Source: Octopus vulgaris | Lineage: Eukaryota | Direction: 5' to 3' | DNA: 64,000 nt | Assembly: GCA_951406725.2 (NCBI GenBank) | Contig: OX597833.1 | Coordinates: 38,254,001-38,318,000, forward strand | Position numbers and translations under genes: made by a program | The notes under the pieces: model-generated | Told to the model about the DNA's origin: nothing | Seen by the model: the letters and a program-made list of their open reading frames with translations, nothing else | Database searches by the model: none | Shown here: positions 39,296 to 53,949 of the stretch, one piece after another | Layout of the letters: each line of letters opens with the position of its first letter | Position numbering within the stretch: position 1 is the first letter of the stretch

Positions 39296-42120
39296 GATTC
39301 ATCATTTGAATAATAATTGTCCGTAGATTTGAAAATAAGATAAAAATTATGTTTTGACTTTAGACACAAAGTGTACTAATATATAATTCTTTGCTTGAAA
39401 TTGCGCGGCGAGTTAAAAAAGAAAATGTTCGGGGCCCATGATCTACAACTTTTAACTTAGATTAAAAAGTTTGAAAGGTTCTAGAAATAGCAGCCAAATT
39501 TCCTTTAAATTCACTACATACACAAAATGTTATGAAATATATTACATATGAAATATTTAACGTATTTATATTTTACACGTACCGTGTAGATAGATAGATA
39601 GATACATACAGACACTGTATTATATGAGATATCTTGTGGATTAATGCAGATAATGTAATAATATTAATATGTAATAAACATCTATTAAAAGAAAGAAATT
39701 ATGCGTTTCATGAAAGTAGCTATTAGCTTGAAAGCCAGAGTAAATGTGCGTAACGTCAATTTTTCACAATTACTAATTCATGGCTTTACTTGTTTGGAAT
39801 CTCTCTCTTTCTCTCACTCACACACACACACACACACACTTATTTACATACGAATTATCTAGATAGCTTTAATTGGTTATGCGATCTGCAAAAATATAGC
39901 TGCCAAATCTCCCTCAAATCACACTGTCGTCTTTGGAAACAGAAACAAAGCATTGGATAATGTAATTGTTGAGAATCTGGGGTTTAAAAATGATGTGATG
40001 GTCGTTGTTGGAACGGTTTAGATCAGAAGCTTACTTGTTTAGGACTGTCGAGTGCTAAGACAGCTTATACGCACACATTGAATGTCTGACTTTATGATTT
40101 TTACTAAATGTTTATTAATGTCGATAAACTTTCATTTCAACTTTAACTACGACTTGACATCCTTTGCAATAATAAGCAAACTTGCAAACATATGAGCCAT
40201 CACCAAAATATTGAAATAGCAACGAAATCTCTTTTTATCATCTTAGAAATAGAAATATATTGAACAACAAAATATAGTGCTTGATACACTGACTAGAGAA
40301 AAAGAAAAAGACAAAAAAAAATAGATGAAGCTGGGATGATAACGATTGGAACACTTTGGGTTCTGCAAATTGTCCCGGCTTGAAGAATTCATCTTGTGAT
40401 TCTTTACTGTGGTAGCCTACTCACATGTCCGTAGCATCAGAGTTGTGTCCTCTCGATGTGGACACTAGGTGGGTGGAGGGACTCGTTGCCAGTAAAGTGG
40501 CACAAACTCTTCAGCCAACTGCTGTTTGATTACTTGCCTGTTGGCATGTTTAATTAAATTCGTAAAGCAATTGTGCGCGCGCGGAGGAAGTCTTATCGCG
40601 CCGGTGGTTTGCGAATTTTTCGAGTTAGTGACGATTTAGGCCAGATGAAATAACTGATTTGAAACCAAGCTGCGGCCTTGTAACAGTTAGAGACCAATGG
40701 CGAAAGCGATTTGGCCAATATGGAGTGTACAGCTTTTACATCAACGGTACCCCCACCACCACCACCACTACCATCACATTTTAATAGAAACAAACGGGTG
40801 AAATCCAGTGAGCCAACTGTTAGCTGCCGGATACGAACCACAGATCTTCATTTCTTTGTACAGTAAGGGTGTCTACCGGGGCACGGTCATCTGAGAAAGA
40901 TACATACAATGTTTCTACACACAATTTCGTAGCACCACCACCGTCTTCAGATGTTTTCAGTCATTAACTTGAATCGGACATCTTCATATCTCTTACATTG
41001 AATATTTAAGAAAAACAACAACGAACCTTTTTGTGGTCACTCAATTTACTAGAAATAGCCACCAAATCTGCATCAAATCATGTCTTATTGTCTTAAAACG
41101 CAAACTTATTTGATAATTGATCTTCGGATAGATTGTCTGAAAATAAGACAGGTTGGTCTTGGCTAGAACGCTTTCTTCACAGATTTATTTGATTAGGATC
41201 GATTTGCAGTTAAACAAGAATTTTATGAGCTAATTATGGGAAATTCCGCTGTAATTTAATCTTCAAGAAATAATAAGCGACACGTCTTTCATGCCATAAC
41301 CTAGTTGACTTGAGGTTGATACACGAGAAGTCACAACTGGAATGTATTTGATCCTAGGTCGTCTGCGATAAGGCTTTACCTGGGACTAAACAACAACAGC
41401 AAAATGTTTTATTTCTACCATCGTCGCTTTACCGAAGACTGTCTTTGGGATTCACTTGTGTTGCATCCTGCAGATATTTTAATTTATGACTGAATATGAA
41501 GACTACATTGCAAGTGAGAGGTATCAATCGTTTCGCTTGAACAACCAACTTTCTCTCTCACTCTCTCTCTCTCTCGCGCACACACACACACACACAATTC
41601 AGTTAGTTTTACATGGTGCGCGGCTAGAACCAGCGGCAGTGGCAACCAGTTGACGTAGTGGTAGGGTCCCGCGATTTTACGGTGTGCACTTTTCTGTCTT
41701 GGCTCCTTCGAAGTGATCCGATTCCGGAGGAGAGAAAGAAGGGAGAAAACGACTGGTATTTTAATTATCAGCCTTGAAGGGATAAAAGGCAAAGTCAACC
41801 TTGTTGGATTTGAACTCAATTCAGAGACCCCGAACGTTCTCACAAGGCACTGTATCCTATGCTCTACCGACTTGGCCAGTTCGCTTCTTAAAAGACGGTG
41901 CAGTCACGACCAGAAAGAATGTCTTTTCTTTTTAAATTCGGTCACTGCTGACCTGGTATTGTCTAAAAATATCAGCCAAATCGCCCTCAAGTCACATTCT
42001 ACCGACTTGAGTGGGAGCGGTGAGGTGAGGGTAAAAAAGGTAACATCTACCCAGTAGACACACTATCGTTTAAATAAAGATTGTATGATCACGGCTTGCC
42101 CTCGTACACTTTTGACTATA

Positions 42121-42279
42121 TATTTCTTTACTGCCCACAAGGGGCTAAACACAGAGGGGACAAACAAGGACAGACAAACAGATTAAGTCGATTACATCGA
42201 CCCAGTGCGAAACTGGTACTTTATTTATCGACCCCGAAAGGATGAAAGGCAAAGTCGACCTCGGCGGAATTTGAACTCG
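42121..42279 (-). mobile_element. 5'-truncated SINE family B
   Basis: Near-identical to the 18768 element; GACTATA duplicated at both flanks. Confidence 0.85.
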
Positions 42280-43218
42280 ACTATAGTTTTAGCTCAACCT
42301 GGGATGAAACAAAAATAACGGCAATTGCGAAAATAAACAATAACCGCAACATCGACTACAACGACGGTTACCCGTCTGACTGAAGCATATTCGTTCGAAG
42401 AGTGACTGACGTAACTCTAACGCAACCGGCTGACGAAGTGTGCAGTATTTGCAGCCACACACACACATACTGCAGTTAGTTTTATATGGTGCGGCGGCTG
42501 TTCTTCTTCGGCACCCGACAAAACCGGCGGCAGCAGCAACCTGTGGAAAAATCACACGACGCAATAATCGCTTTTCCTTCTTCTTTCTTTATCTCCTCTC
42601 CTATTTCTAACTTTTTTTTCTTTTTCCTCCTCCTCTCTCTCTCTCCGTCTTTCTCTTCCTTCCAACCGTCTCACTACTCATTCTTTACTTCTTCATACAC
42701 ATATATGTGTGTGTATGTATGTATGTATGTATATATTTTTTGCGTATAAATGAAACTAGTCACTCGCGTATTTTAACGTTTTACTCTGCTTAGCTACTAT
42801 TTACACACAACCACACAAAGGTGTGCGGTTTTAATTGTGTATTATGAACTGCGAATGGGAACCAAAATATATGTATATATATATATTAGTCTTTGCGATA
42901 TTTTTTTTTCAAATCCTACCAGTGTCAGATCTTCCAATTCATCTTGCTGGGATCTATAAAATAAAGTACCAGTCAAATATCGAACTGGGTTTGTTTCTGA
43001 CTATGCACCTTTCCAAAATACGTGACATTGTACCTGTTCTAAGCTCTAATCTCACTGTGGCTGACTTTGTCCTTCATTCTTTCTAGGTGGAAAAATAAAT
43101 AAATAAATAAATAAAATGACGCATCCCAGTCAAGTACTGGACGTGGGGGTCGATATAATCGTCTATTCTCGTCCTAAAAAATATACAGCCCGAGTTAGAC
43201 ATTACCACGATTCGTTCC

Positions 43219-43369
43219 TATTTCTTTATTGCCCACAAGGGGCTAAACATAGAGGGGACAAACAAGGACAGACAAAGGGATTAAGTCGATTACATCGACC
43301 CCAGTGCCTAACTGGTACTTGATTTATCGACCCCGAAAGGATGAAAGGCAAAGTCGACCTCGGCGGAAT
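43219..43369 (-). mobile_element. 5'-truncated SINE family B
   Basis: Near-identical to the 18768 and 42121 elements. Confidence 0.85.
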
Positions 43370-45484
43370 GTTCTAAGTACAAAACATCACCCTTCGTAAC
43401 ATTAAACTATCACACGCAGATCTAACCAAATTTCCGCTAACGTACAACTGTTTAATGATAGTCACTCTTCCAGATTCTTTAATCGTCGGTGTGGTTTCAT
43501 TATCTTTTCTTATTGGTTTCAAACGACACTACAGACACTTTACCGGCGACTACTTTGTTCTCTTTCTCCTCTGCCTAATAAAAATTGTGTGTGTGTGTGT
43601 GTGAAAGAGAGAGAGAGAGAAGTTAACACCAGTAATATAACGAGATCGACACCTTTCATCTGCCATATCTTTGCGTTTCTGTTTGTTTATCTATTTTTTT
43701 CTTACCCTAGCAACTTGAAACTAGGGATCATTTTATGCATAGAAAATTTGCTTTATGAAGAGATCTGAAGATAAACTTCGTACATTTTTTTTTTGTTGTA
43801 AATCGGTTAGCAAGTTTATAAATGTCGACCGTTCATAATGTGGTGTTCTTGTTTTATGGTTTAGTTATGGGAGGAAAAGTAGTGCTCATAGTCTTATTTT
43901 CGTCAGTAGGTTTCAGCCGTCCTGTGTGGTATTCAAAAATTGGCTGCCACCTTCCTTAAAACGTAACATACCTTAGACTACCGCAAACACATGTATAGAA
44001 AGTGGCCGTCCTGTGCTGTCTGCACATCCCACTCTACGTCATTGCCTTTTGCAGGGTCTCCGAAGCCAGTAAGTTACCTTCAGACGGAAGGAAACTACCC
44101 AAATGCTTCCAGCAGACGGACAGACTCTACGGAAAGCAGTCGAAACGTTAATCGGAGCGACGTTTTAAGTCTCTCAAGTTTCTTCTAAGGGTCACTTCTT
44201 GTTTATATCTAAACAGAACGTCATTTTCGCAAATGTAAGCGCAAGCGAATCTATAGTCAAGACATAGGTGGAACGTCCATTTTCTAGAATACCCCTTCCC
44301 CTACATTTTTCAAGTTTTCCATCCATTCGTCGATTTAGAGATATTCCAAATGAACATCAAACATATCGACTGTCTTGGAATACCTGCAAATGTCAGCAAG
44401 GACAATTTTTGTTTTGTTGAGGTTGATAGCCGTTTGAAATGATTACAGTAAAATACTGGTACTTTAGTTTCTAATCAATTATCGAAGAAACTGAACGTTA
44501 AAAATCAACCACAGTATTACCTTTTATTCCTTCTAAACTCCATTAATGTACATTAAAAAAAAGAAAATTCGCGGCCTTGGTGGTAAAGCGTCGGACAAGA
44601 TGCTTCAACACTATATAGAATCGTGTCTTAAGTTTCTGAGTTCAAATCTCGCATAGGTTAATAAAGTAACAACCGATAACACATGGCGATTCCAATACTC
44701 AGAAAAATTGGTCTGTACGTTTGTGTCGCATATCTTAGAAATAGAAGCAAATCTCTCTGCGTTTCAAGGAAAACAATTTAAGTTGATTTCTAACATTGGG
44801 ACAGGACCAGAAATGTTTTAAGGTGTGGGCAAACTCGATTATATCTGACCTGGGCCTAAACAGCGGCCACAAAACTAATAAACTAATCCAAACTCTACAG
44901 CACACACACACTCTGAAGTGCCATACTGTTTAGACGCTTCCCACATATTACGTAATATGCTAATATAGTGAAATCATACGAAACCACACATAGAGGAACA
45001 ATCATACATATATAATAAACACACAGACGTGCATAAGAAACAAAGCATGAGTTTAGGTTGGTATGAATATAATCAAGGTGTGTATCTGGCGTTAATGCGG
45101 CGAAAATACCATTAACTTCTAAGGAGGAAAGGAAGGAAAATGTTTTACAGATACTTTAGGGCTATTGTCCTTGTGTCCTAATTAATGATAGAACATAGAA
45201 GTCTCTCCCCGTCCCTCGTGTGACACACACACGCGAGTATACTTGTGTAGTATGTTTGTATACAGGTGCCCGCGTGCGTACTGTATATGTGTGTGTATAT
45301 ATATGGATGCACACACACACATGTAGCAATAAATGTTTTGAGTGTAAACCTGAAAATAGAATATACGTATATATTTAAATATAAGATACATGGGTATGAG
45401 TTGATAGAAGTGATCGAAATCTAGAGTAGCAAATAGATACGAGAAATAAAAGATGAGCAGTTCAAAACTATATCAATATATGTG

Positions 45485-45745
45485 TGTATAAGAACTTTAC
45501 TTTCCGACCACTTGGTTCCGGGTTCAGTTCCATTACGTTGCACCATATATATTTGTGCGTCTGAGTTTGTCCCCCACCATCGCTTGACAACTGATGTTAG
45601 TGTGTTTACGTCCCCGTAACTTTGCGGTTCGGCCCAAGACACCGATAAAATAAGTATTAGACTTACAAAGAATAAGTCCTGGAATCGATTTGTTGGACTA
45701 AAGGCGGTGCTCCATCATGGCCGCCGTCAAATGACTGAAAGAAGT
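45485..45745 (+). mobile_element. Internally deleted SINE family A
   Basis: Head and 3' half homologous to the 5321 element. Confidence 0.75.
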
Positions 45746-46309
45746 ACGTGAGTGTGTCATTGTCTGTTCCTCACCAACGCCGGACAACCGATGTTGGTGT
45801 GTTTACGCCCCTGTAATTTAGTTTTTTGGCAAAAGACCCGATAGAAAAAGTATATTTATGCACAAACATGGCTTTATGATTTATATTCGTTCGACTGCCC
45901 AGTAACTTATGTGAATTCTACTATAGCTCCAGGCAGACCACTGTGCAATGAACGAATTTGGAAAACATATACTGTTATATATGCATGGTTTTGTGGTTAA
46001 AAAACTTGCTTTGCAATTACTTGGTTTGAGGATCAGTCCGACTGCGCGGTATCTCGGACAAATGAACAATATGTGTTCGAGTTTGTTCTCTCCCTAGTCG
46101 TTTGTCGGCGAGAGACAGATAGAATAATTACCAAGCTTTAAAAATCAGTACGGGGGGGGGGGTGTGATTTGTCAGGCTACACCCTTGGAGGCGGTGCTCC
46201 ACCATGACCGCAGGTCAATGACTTTAGTAAAAGGTAGTGTGTGTGTATGAAAGTGAGAGATACATGCCTAAACACACACGAACACACACACACACATACA
46301 CACAATATT

Positions 46310-46839
46310 ACTATATATATAGTTTTACATATATATATATGTATCTATATATTTATATATATATTTATATATGTATATATATATTTATATATGTATATGT
46401 ATTTATATATATATTTATATATGTATATGTATTTATATATATATTTATATATGTATATGTATTTATATATATATTTATATATGTATATGTATTTATATAT
46501 ATATTTATATATGTATATGTATTTATATATATATATATTTATATATGTATATGTATTTATATATATATTTGTGTATGTATATGTATTTATATATATATAT
46601 ATTTGTGCATGTATATGTATTTATATATATATATATATTTGTGTATGTATATGTATTTATATATATATATATTTGTGTATGTATATGTATTTCTATATAT
46701 ATATGTGTATGTATATTTATATATATATATTTGTGTATATATATATATATGTGTATATATATATATATATTTATATATATATTTGTGTGTGTGTATATAT
46801 ATATATATATTTGTGTATATATATATTCATATATATATA

Positions 46840-46898
<59 letters not shown>

Positions 46899-47462
46899 AT
46901 ATATTTGTATTGGGCCTCAATGACACCATTATCTCTTATAACCTCAACTTCTTGCTAATATAAGCACATATATTTGTATATATATATATATATTTGTATA
47001 TCTATTTATATATAGTTGTATATATATTTATATATATATTTGTATATGTATATATATTTATATATATATTTGTATATATGTATATTTGTATATTTATATA
47101 TGTATGTATATTTGTACATATATGTATATTTGTGTATATATATATGTATATTTGTGTATATATATATGTGTATGTGTATATATATATATATATATATACA
47201 TACATACATATATATATATATATTTATGTATATATATATATGTATATTTGTGTATATATATATATGTGTATATATATATATATATATACATATATTTATG
47301 TACATATATATATTTATGTACATATATATATATTTATAAATGTATTTATTTGTATATATTTCTATATATATATATTCATGTATGTATATATATGCTTGTA
47401 TATATATATATATGCTTGTATATATAGGAGTATGTATATATATATATATGTTTGTATATATA

Positions 47463-47521
<59 letters not shown>

Positions 47522-47660
47522 GTGTTTGTATATATATATATAAATGTTTGTTTATATATATATATATATGTTTGTGTATATATATATTTGTTTATATATA
47601 TATATATATATATATAATGTTTGTTTATATATATATATATATTTGTGTATATATATATTT

Positions 47661-47695
<35 letters not shown>

Positions 47696-47908
47696 TTGTG
47701 TATATATATATGTTTGTGTATATATATATGTTTGTATATATATATATGTATTTGTATATATATATATAAATGTTTGTGTATATATATTTGTGTATATATA
47801 TATATGTTTGTATATATATATATATGTTTGTATATATGTTTGTGTATATATATATATTTGTGTATATATATATGTTTGTGTGTATATATATATATATATA
47901 AATATGTT

Positions 47909-47946
<38 letters not shown>

Positions 47947-48246
47947 TGTATATATGTGTGTGTGTATATATAAATGTTTGTGTATATACATATTTGTATA
48001 TATATATATGTGTGTATATGTATGTATATATATATATATATGTGTGTATATGTATGTATATATATATATATGTGTGTGTATATGTATGTATATATATATA
48101 TATATGTGTGTGTATATGTATGTATATATATATATATGTGTGTATATGTATGTATATATATATATGTTTGTATATATACATATTTGCATATATATATATT
48201 TGTCTTCATATATATGTATGTATATATATATGTATATATATATATT

Positions 48247-48283
<37 letters not shown>

Positions 48284-48600
48284 ATATATATTTTTTGTAT
48301 ATACATACACGCACATATATATATGTATATGTTTATATATTTCTATATATTTTTGTATATATGTATATTTGTATATATATATATATTTCTATATATTTTT
48401 GTATATTTGTATATGTATATATATATATATTTCTATATATTTTTGTATTTGTATATATATATATATATATTTCTATATATTTTTGTATATATGTATATTT
48501 GTGTATATATACATATATTTCTACATATTTTTGTATATATGTATATTTGTATATATATATATTTAAATATATTTGTATATATATAAATTTGTATATAAAG
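46310..48600. repeat. 2.3-kb complex AT-rich microsatellite/minisatellite
   Basis: (TA)n interrupted by TG/TT; includes perfect 30-bp units ATATTTATATATGTATATGTATTTATATAT at 46381-46530. Confidence 0.95.
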
Positions 48601-50624
48601 ATATGCACACGCAGTTTTGTTTACAGACATGAGAGAAATTATTCAATACGTGTTAGTTCAGGTAGCCGGAGACCACTCATTTGTTTTGAGTGTATTCCAA
48701 AGGACACAAGCTAGAAACTTACGATAGCAGTAGTGGGTTATGACTTTCGAACTTGTGTTTGTGCAGTGAGATAATAGTAAAACATGGTACAGTTGGTAAC
48801 AGCCGGAAAACGGTAGAACGTAGAAAGGACGTGGACACACGCATCCCTCATCAGTTATCGACCAAAAGTCATCGCAATTTCATCGCCTTATGGGTCATAC
48901 CGTTCGGCTTGGTAGTGTCAACTACAAAAAGCTGCTGGAGTATAAATGAGCGAAGAGAATAAGAAACGTATAAAAAAATGACTGGATCTCTGGAGCGAAC
49001 GGCAAAAAGGACGAGTTATGAAGAGAATGAGTAAGTATATCAAACAGAGAAGCTTTCCCACCATGCGGTTTTGGTGTTCAGTCACACTGTATAGCACTAT
49101 GGGCAAATATTTTGTATTGTAGTCCAAGTTCGACTAAATCCTTGTCAGTGGATTTGGTAGACGGAAACTGAAAGAAGCCCGTCGTATGTATATATGTATG
49201 TACTTATCTCGCTGTTTATCTATCTATCTACATGCATATCTGTGTGCGTCTTTGTGTTTGTCCACCCTCCCACTTGATAACCAGTGTTGGTCTGTTTACG
49301 TCTCCGTAATCCAGCGATTCGTCATAGACACCGACAGACTTAAAAGTAAAAGAATTACAGGATGGACGCAGTTCATTGACTGAAACAAGTAAAAATTAAA
49401 AGATATAACAAATGACCCAAGTACTTTGCATACATGGTCTTTTGGTCTTTTGGCAATAAAGCAGAATTAAGACATGTGCACGTGACACTAATAGGGATGA
49501 AGCGGTCTTTTCGGATTTCTAGACTTGGGAGATTGCTGTAGAAAAACAAGATGAACATGCGTATTCCAAGAGCTGGAACTAAATCTAAAACAGATAATGT
49601 GTATGTGTGTACCTTTTAACCTGCTTCTTTCTCTGAAAGTGAAAGAAGAAAATCTTCTCTAGGATTCATTAATGGTCTGTTTGTTAATATCTTTCGTGCA
49701 GCGCAACACAGCTCTTGATGGTCATTTCATTCTCTGTTGACTCGTATGTTGAGGAACAACTGAAGAATGTCGGACATGATCTCTTGTCTCCTCCAGAGGA
49801 TCTTGATGTCATCATTGCAACTCTAAACGAGACATTCGTTAATTATAGTGTACTGTTGTTCAGTTGAGCGCTCTCCATTTAATATCTGCAGCGAAGCGAT
49901 TCGAATCCGATGAAACTTGTGATGACATTGTGTTTGTAAACAGCGATAATTTCGCGAGTAGCGGATTTCATCCATTGTCAGTTTAACATTACCTGGCCTT
50001 TTCGTTGCCTTCAACAGAGTACACTTTTGGCGCACACGCATACATACACACACACACACCTTAACGAATGTCAGTAATTGCCTCCAAAACCTGCAACCTG
50101 ACTTACAAACGACGTAACACGAGAAAAGAAAAAAAAAACGCATTTAAAAACTTTATTATTCTTTTATTTGTTTCAGTCATTTGACTGCGGCCATGCTGGA
50201 GCACCACCTTTATATATTAGCTTATATCTGTTTCAGTAATGGATTTGTTCGTAGTTTTACTTGTCTTTTATTCGATTTTCCGTGTAACCCCAACCAGTCC
50301 AGTTTTTATGCTATTAAATGTTCTCTGAGACCGACGAAAAATCGGATAAATGGACTGTAGTCGAGGTTTATTTTTTACTTTCAAGAAATTAACAGGACGA
50401 CATAAAGTGAAAAAAAAAAAAAAAAATGGCGTAACTAGAGACTACGTAAGTCGAAGTGCGCGCGCGGCGACTTTTCTACGTATGATATGGCGTACGCAGT
50501 GAAACAAATTGCACTGAATTATTGTGGAAGATATAAACTCTTTAATACTGAGTAATGAAATAACAGTCATAGATAGATAACTGATGCAACAAATGATAAT
50601 TGTAAAATCAGATTTTGCTGGATT

Positions 50625-51003
50625 TAGTTTATCTTTTTTTAACGTCTTACTTGCTTCAGTCATTGGACTGCAGTCATACTGGGACACCGCCTCGTCGCTA
50701 GTGCTTATGTTTTCTTTTTTAAGCTTGGTACTTATTCTATCGATATCTAATGCCGAATCGGTAAGTTACGGGGACGAAAACAAACCAAAACTGGTTATCA
50801 AGCGGTGGTGGGGGACAATCACAAAGACACAGAAGTGTGTATAACACACACACACGATGGGCTTCTTTCAGTTTCCGTCTATTTAATACACTCACAAGAC
50901 TTTAGCCAGCCCGGAGCTATAGTAGAAGATACTTGCCCAAGGCGTCACAGTGAGTTTGAACCGGGAAGGATGTGGTAGGAAAGCACACAGTCAACGCCTG
51001 CGC
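50625..51003 (-). mobile_element. Diverged SINE family A
   Basis: Reverse-complement homology to the 5321 element. Confidence 0.75.
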
Positions 51004-51772
51004 TTAAATTGTTAACAATGAGCAATGAAATTTCCTTCAATAGATAACTGGTGTAACAAATGATGATTGTAGAATCAGATTTTGCGTAAAATTCGTTTCA
51101 TTTTATTTCATTTAACTATTAAACTGGACTATAGAATATTGGTGACTACCAATATGAAAACGTTCTTTTAATGTGATTGCCTAAAAAAAACATTTATTCA
51201 TGGTAGATATTTACTTTTCATGTGACTCCATGACCTTTGCTGCTGTATTCCTATGTATTGTTGATGTCTATCAATTGAATGCTTGCCGATTAGTTGCCGG
51301 TAATTTGTTTTATCTTCCACTTTGTCCACCATGTTATATGTGCAAACTTCGAAAGAACCCCCACGAGTGTGTGTGTGCATGTGCGCGCGCATACACATGC
51401 ATACACACACACGCGCGCCTGAAAATGACGTCACGAGCTAATTGCGGGTGTCACAACTTGGCCAAATTTCTTTCAGATCACCACGTAACTATTTGAAATG
51501 GAAAAGACACGTCAAAAGTAATGCCTTCAACACACACACACACAGGTGTGTTTGTTTGACAAGAAGTTTGTGTGGTCGTCTTGGTCTCCTACTACCGCTT
51601 CACAACCGGTGTTGGTTTGTTTACGTCCCCGTGACTTAGCGGTTCGGTTTAAGACACTGGTAGAATAAGTACCAGGTTTATAAAAGACAATTACTGGGTT
51701 CATTTCGTTTGACTAAAACACCAAGTAGTTACTTGGTGTTTTAGTCAAGTGAAATATGAAAGATATATATAT

Positions 51773-51970
51773 ATTTCTTTATTGTCCACAAGGGGCTAAA
51801 CACAGAGAGGACAAACAAGGACAGACAAACGGATTAAGTCGATTATATCGACCCCAGTAACTGGTACTTATTTAATCGACCCCGAAAGGATGAAAGGCAA
51901 AGTCGACCTCGGCGGTATTTGAACTCAGAACGTAGCGGCAGACGAAATACGGCTACGCATTTCGCCCAGC
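51773..51970 (-). mobile_element. 5'-truncated SINE family B with an 18-bp target-site duplication
   Basis: ATATGAAAGATATATATA at 51754 and 51975. Confidence 0.85.
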
Positions 51971-52371
51971 CTTTATATGAAAGATATATATACTCCTTGT
52001 GAAATTATGCTCTCTGCACGCGAACCTTTCTAATACTTTGGGACAAAGCTTGATTTAGAAAGAGAGAAAGAAAAAACATCAAACATTGTCATAAGTGGTT
52101 GACATTCGACGAAGAGTCTGCTCAGTTAAGACTGACTAGATTAATCAGAAATTTATCAAAAGCATTACTTCTAAGGCTGGTCGTCCTGCTAGTGTTTCTT
52201 TGCATGAAGCGAATGCCAGACACCTTTCTTCTCGTGGTATACAGTGACCTTCCTAGATGATTTAGTTTCTATTTCATGTCGACAGTTGTGTAGACTGACC
52301 ACAAGTGTCCCGAGTAGAGACAACAGTTGATAGTCTAACGCGGATTTGAAACCCCTCTGTTTATCCTGCGT

Positions 52372-52720
52372 GCACACACGTACGCATTTGGTTCTAAATG
52401 TGAAATGGTGCCGACATATGACAAACGAATGCCTTTATGGAGAAAGTTAGCCAGAAGATCAAGCAAAGATGGCTGCGACTCTGTGGTCGGTGCGTGCTCC
52501 ACCCTGAACTGGAAGCATCCAAATTAGTTTTGTGGAACCCTCTTCATGGTGATGCACGAAGAGCAAAACGTCGTCACACATCGACAACTTAATCGCAGAC
52601 ACTGACTTGGGATGTTTCCAGGACCTCGAGGAGGTGGTGTTGAACCGAGGAGTGTGTCGGATGGACTTTGTTGCTACGGCCCGGGTTGGAACCCGGCCAT
52701 AATGATAAAAATAATGATAA
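52372..52720 (+). mobile_element. RTE-X/RTE-like LINE 3' fragment
   Basis: LVLNVKW.RHMTNE.LYG, SQKIKQRWLRLCGRCVLHPELEASKLVLWNPLHG, HIDNLIADT, then a stop and a TAATGA-type tail. Confidence 0.7.
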
Positions 52721-52865
52721 TTGCGTTCATTCAGGCGTTTAAAAAACAAGAAGTGATAAACTAGGAGCATTTTCTTTCATGTTTGTACGCCCAAATGTGT
52801 GCTTATTTGGACACAAATTATATTTACTTGGAGAAACAGTCATCGCTCTCCTGTCGGTTTTCACC

Positions 52866-52925
<60 letters not shown>

Positions 52926-53808
52926 GTGTGTGTGTGTGTTATTTCGTGTTATGTTTTCTAATTTAGGATAGAAACGTGATGTGACGAAAATTCGGCACCT
53001 ATTTCTACCTAGTCGCCCCAATTAAATGCACCTTTGATCATTCCGTCTTTTTGTGTATCAAGAACTACATTGTCCAATATTTTCCTCTAAGATAGAGACC
53101 TCTTTCTGGAGACCGAGTTACGTAGTGCCATGCGGAATAACTTGTTGAATACAGAGATCCGACGACATACTTTGACGTCACTTTACCTGTTGGGGAAAAT
53201 ATAACCTTAGTCCTGAAGAAGACGGTAGACTAGACGAGACTAGTTTTCCATAAAAACCAAGTTCACATTCTCTCTCTTTTTCTATATCTGTTTCGGTAAA
53301 TGATTTGTACATAGTTTCACACGTATTTTATTCGATAAACTTACTTTAGCTTCATGAGGATGTGTGTGTGTGTATGTGTGTGTGTGTGTGTGTGTGTGTA
53401 GTTCCAGTTTATAGAAAACAAAAGGTGATGACAGGTGAGGGAACAAATGTGTGTGTGTGTGTGTGTGTGTTTACACCTTTAACCGATGTTGTATGTGTCG
53501 CTTGTAACATAGTAATTCGAAAAGTAGAGATTAACAAGGAAATTATTACCAGACAGAAATGATTACTGAGATCGACTAAAAAAAAATCCATGGAGGTGGC
53601 GCCTCATCATAACCGTAGTCTAATGACACACACACACACTGTCTGTCTGCCTTTCTCTCTCTCTCTCAATTCAGAGGAAAGGTAGTGTTCATGATTATTG
53701 TGACTATTTTCTAGACTTCTGCTTTTAGGAGGATGCTATCCTCCGACTTACAAATAAGAGACAGAAATTTTTTCTTGCTTTGAAATCTCTTTGATATATC
53801 AATCTTAT

Positions 53809-53865
<57 letters not shown>

Positions 53866-53949
53866 CACCAAGTAGATTTCTTCTCTTTTACTTTTGTTTC
53901 GATGTTCATTTAGTCTGGACCCCTATACCGCTTCCCACAACTTTTCTCT

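Noticed and set aside
40328-40382. Hairpin ending TTGTCCCGGCTTG, reminiscent of miR-92
   Set aside because: The seed ATTGCAC is absent, the 5' arm derives from the common ~200-bp repeat, and the stem is too short.
44108-44152. GACT..AGTC-GAAACGTT hammerhead-like words (similar fragments near 40930 and 53215)
   Set aside because: Core or stem I is missing; too degenerate to call.
46237-48714. Many 200-340 aa Tyr/Ile-rich ORFs (also at 17700-18800, 21700-23400, 25700-26300 and 29900-30450)
   Set aside because: Stop-free translations of (TA)/(CA)/(TG) microsatellites, not proteins.
49700-49870. Open frame VDSYVEEQLKNVGHDLLSPPEDLDVIIATLNE
   Set aside because: No donor site or recognisable family; probably old TE debris or chance.
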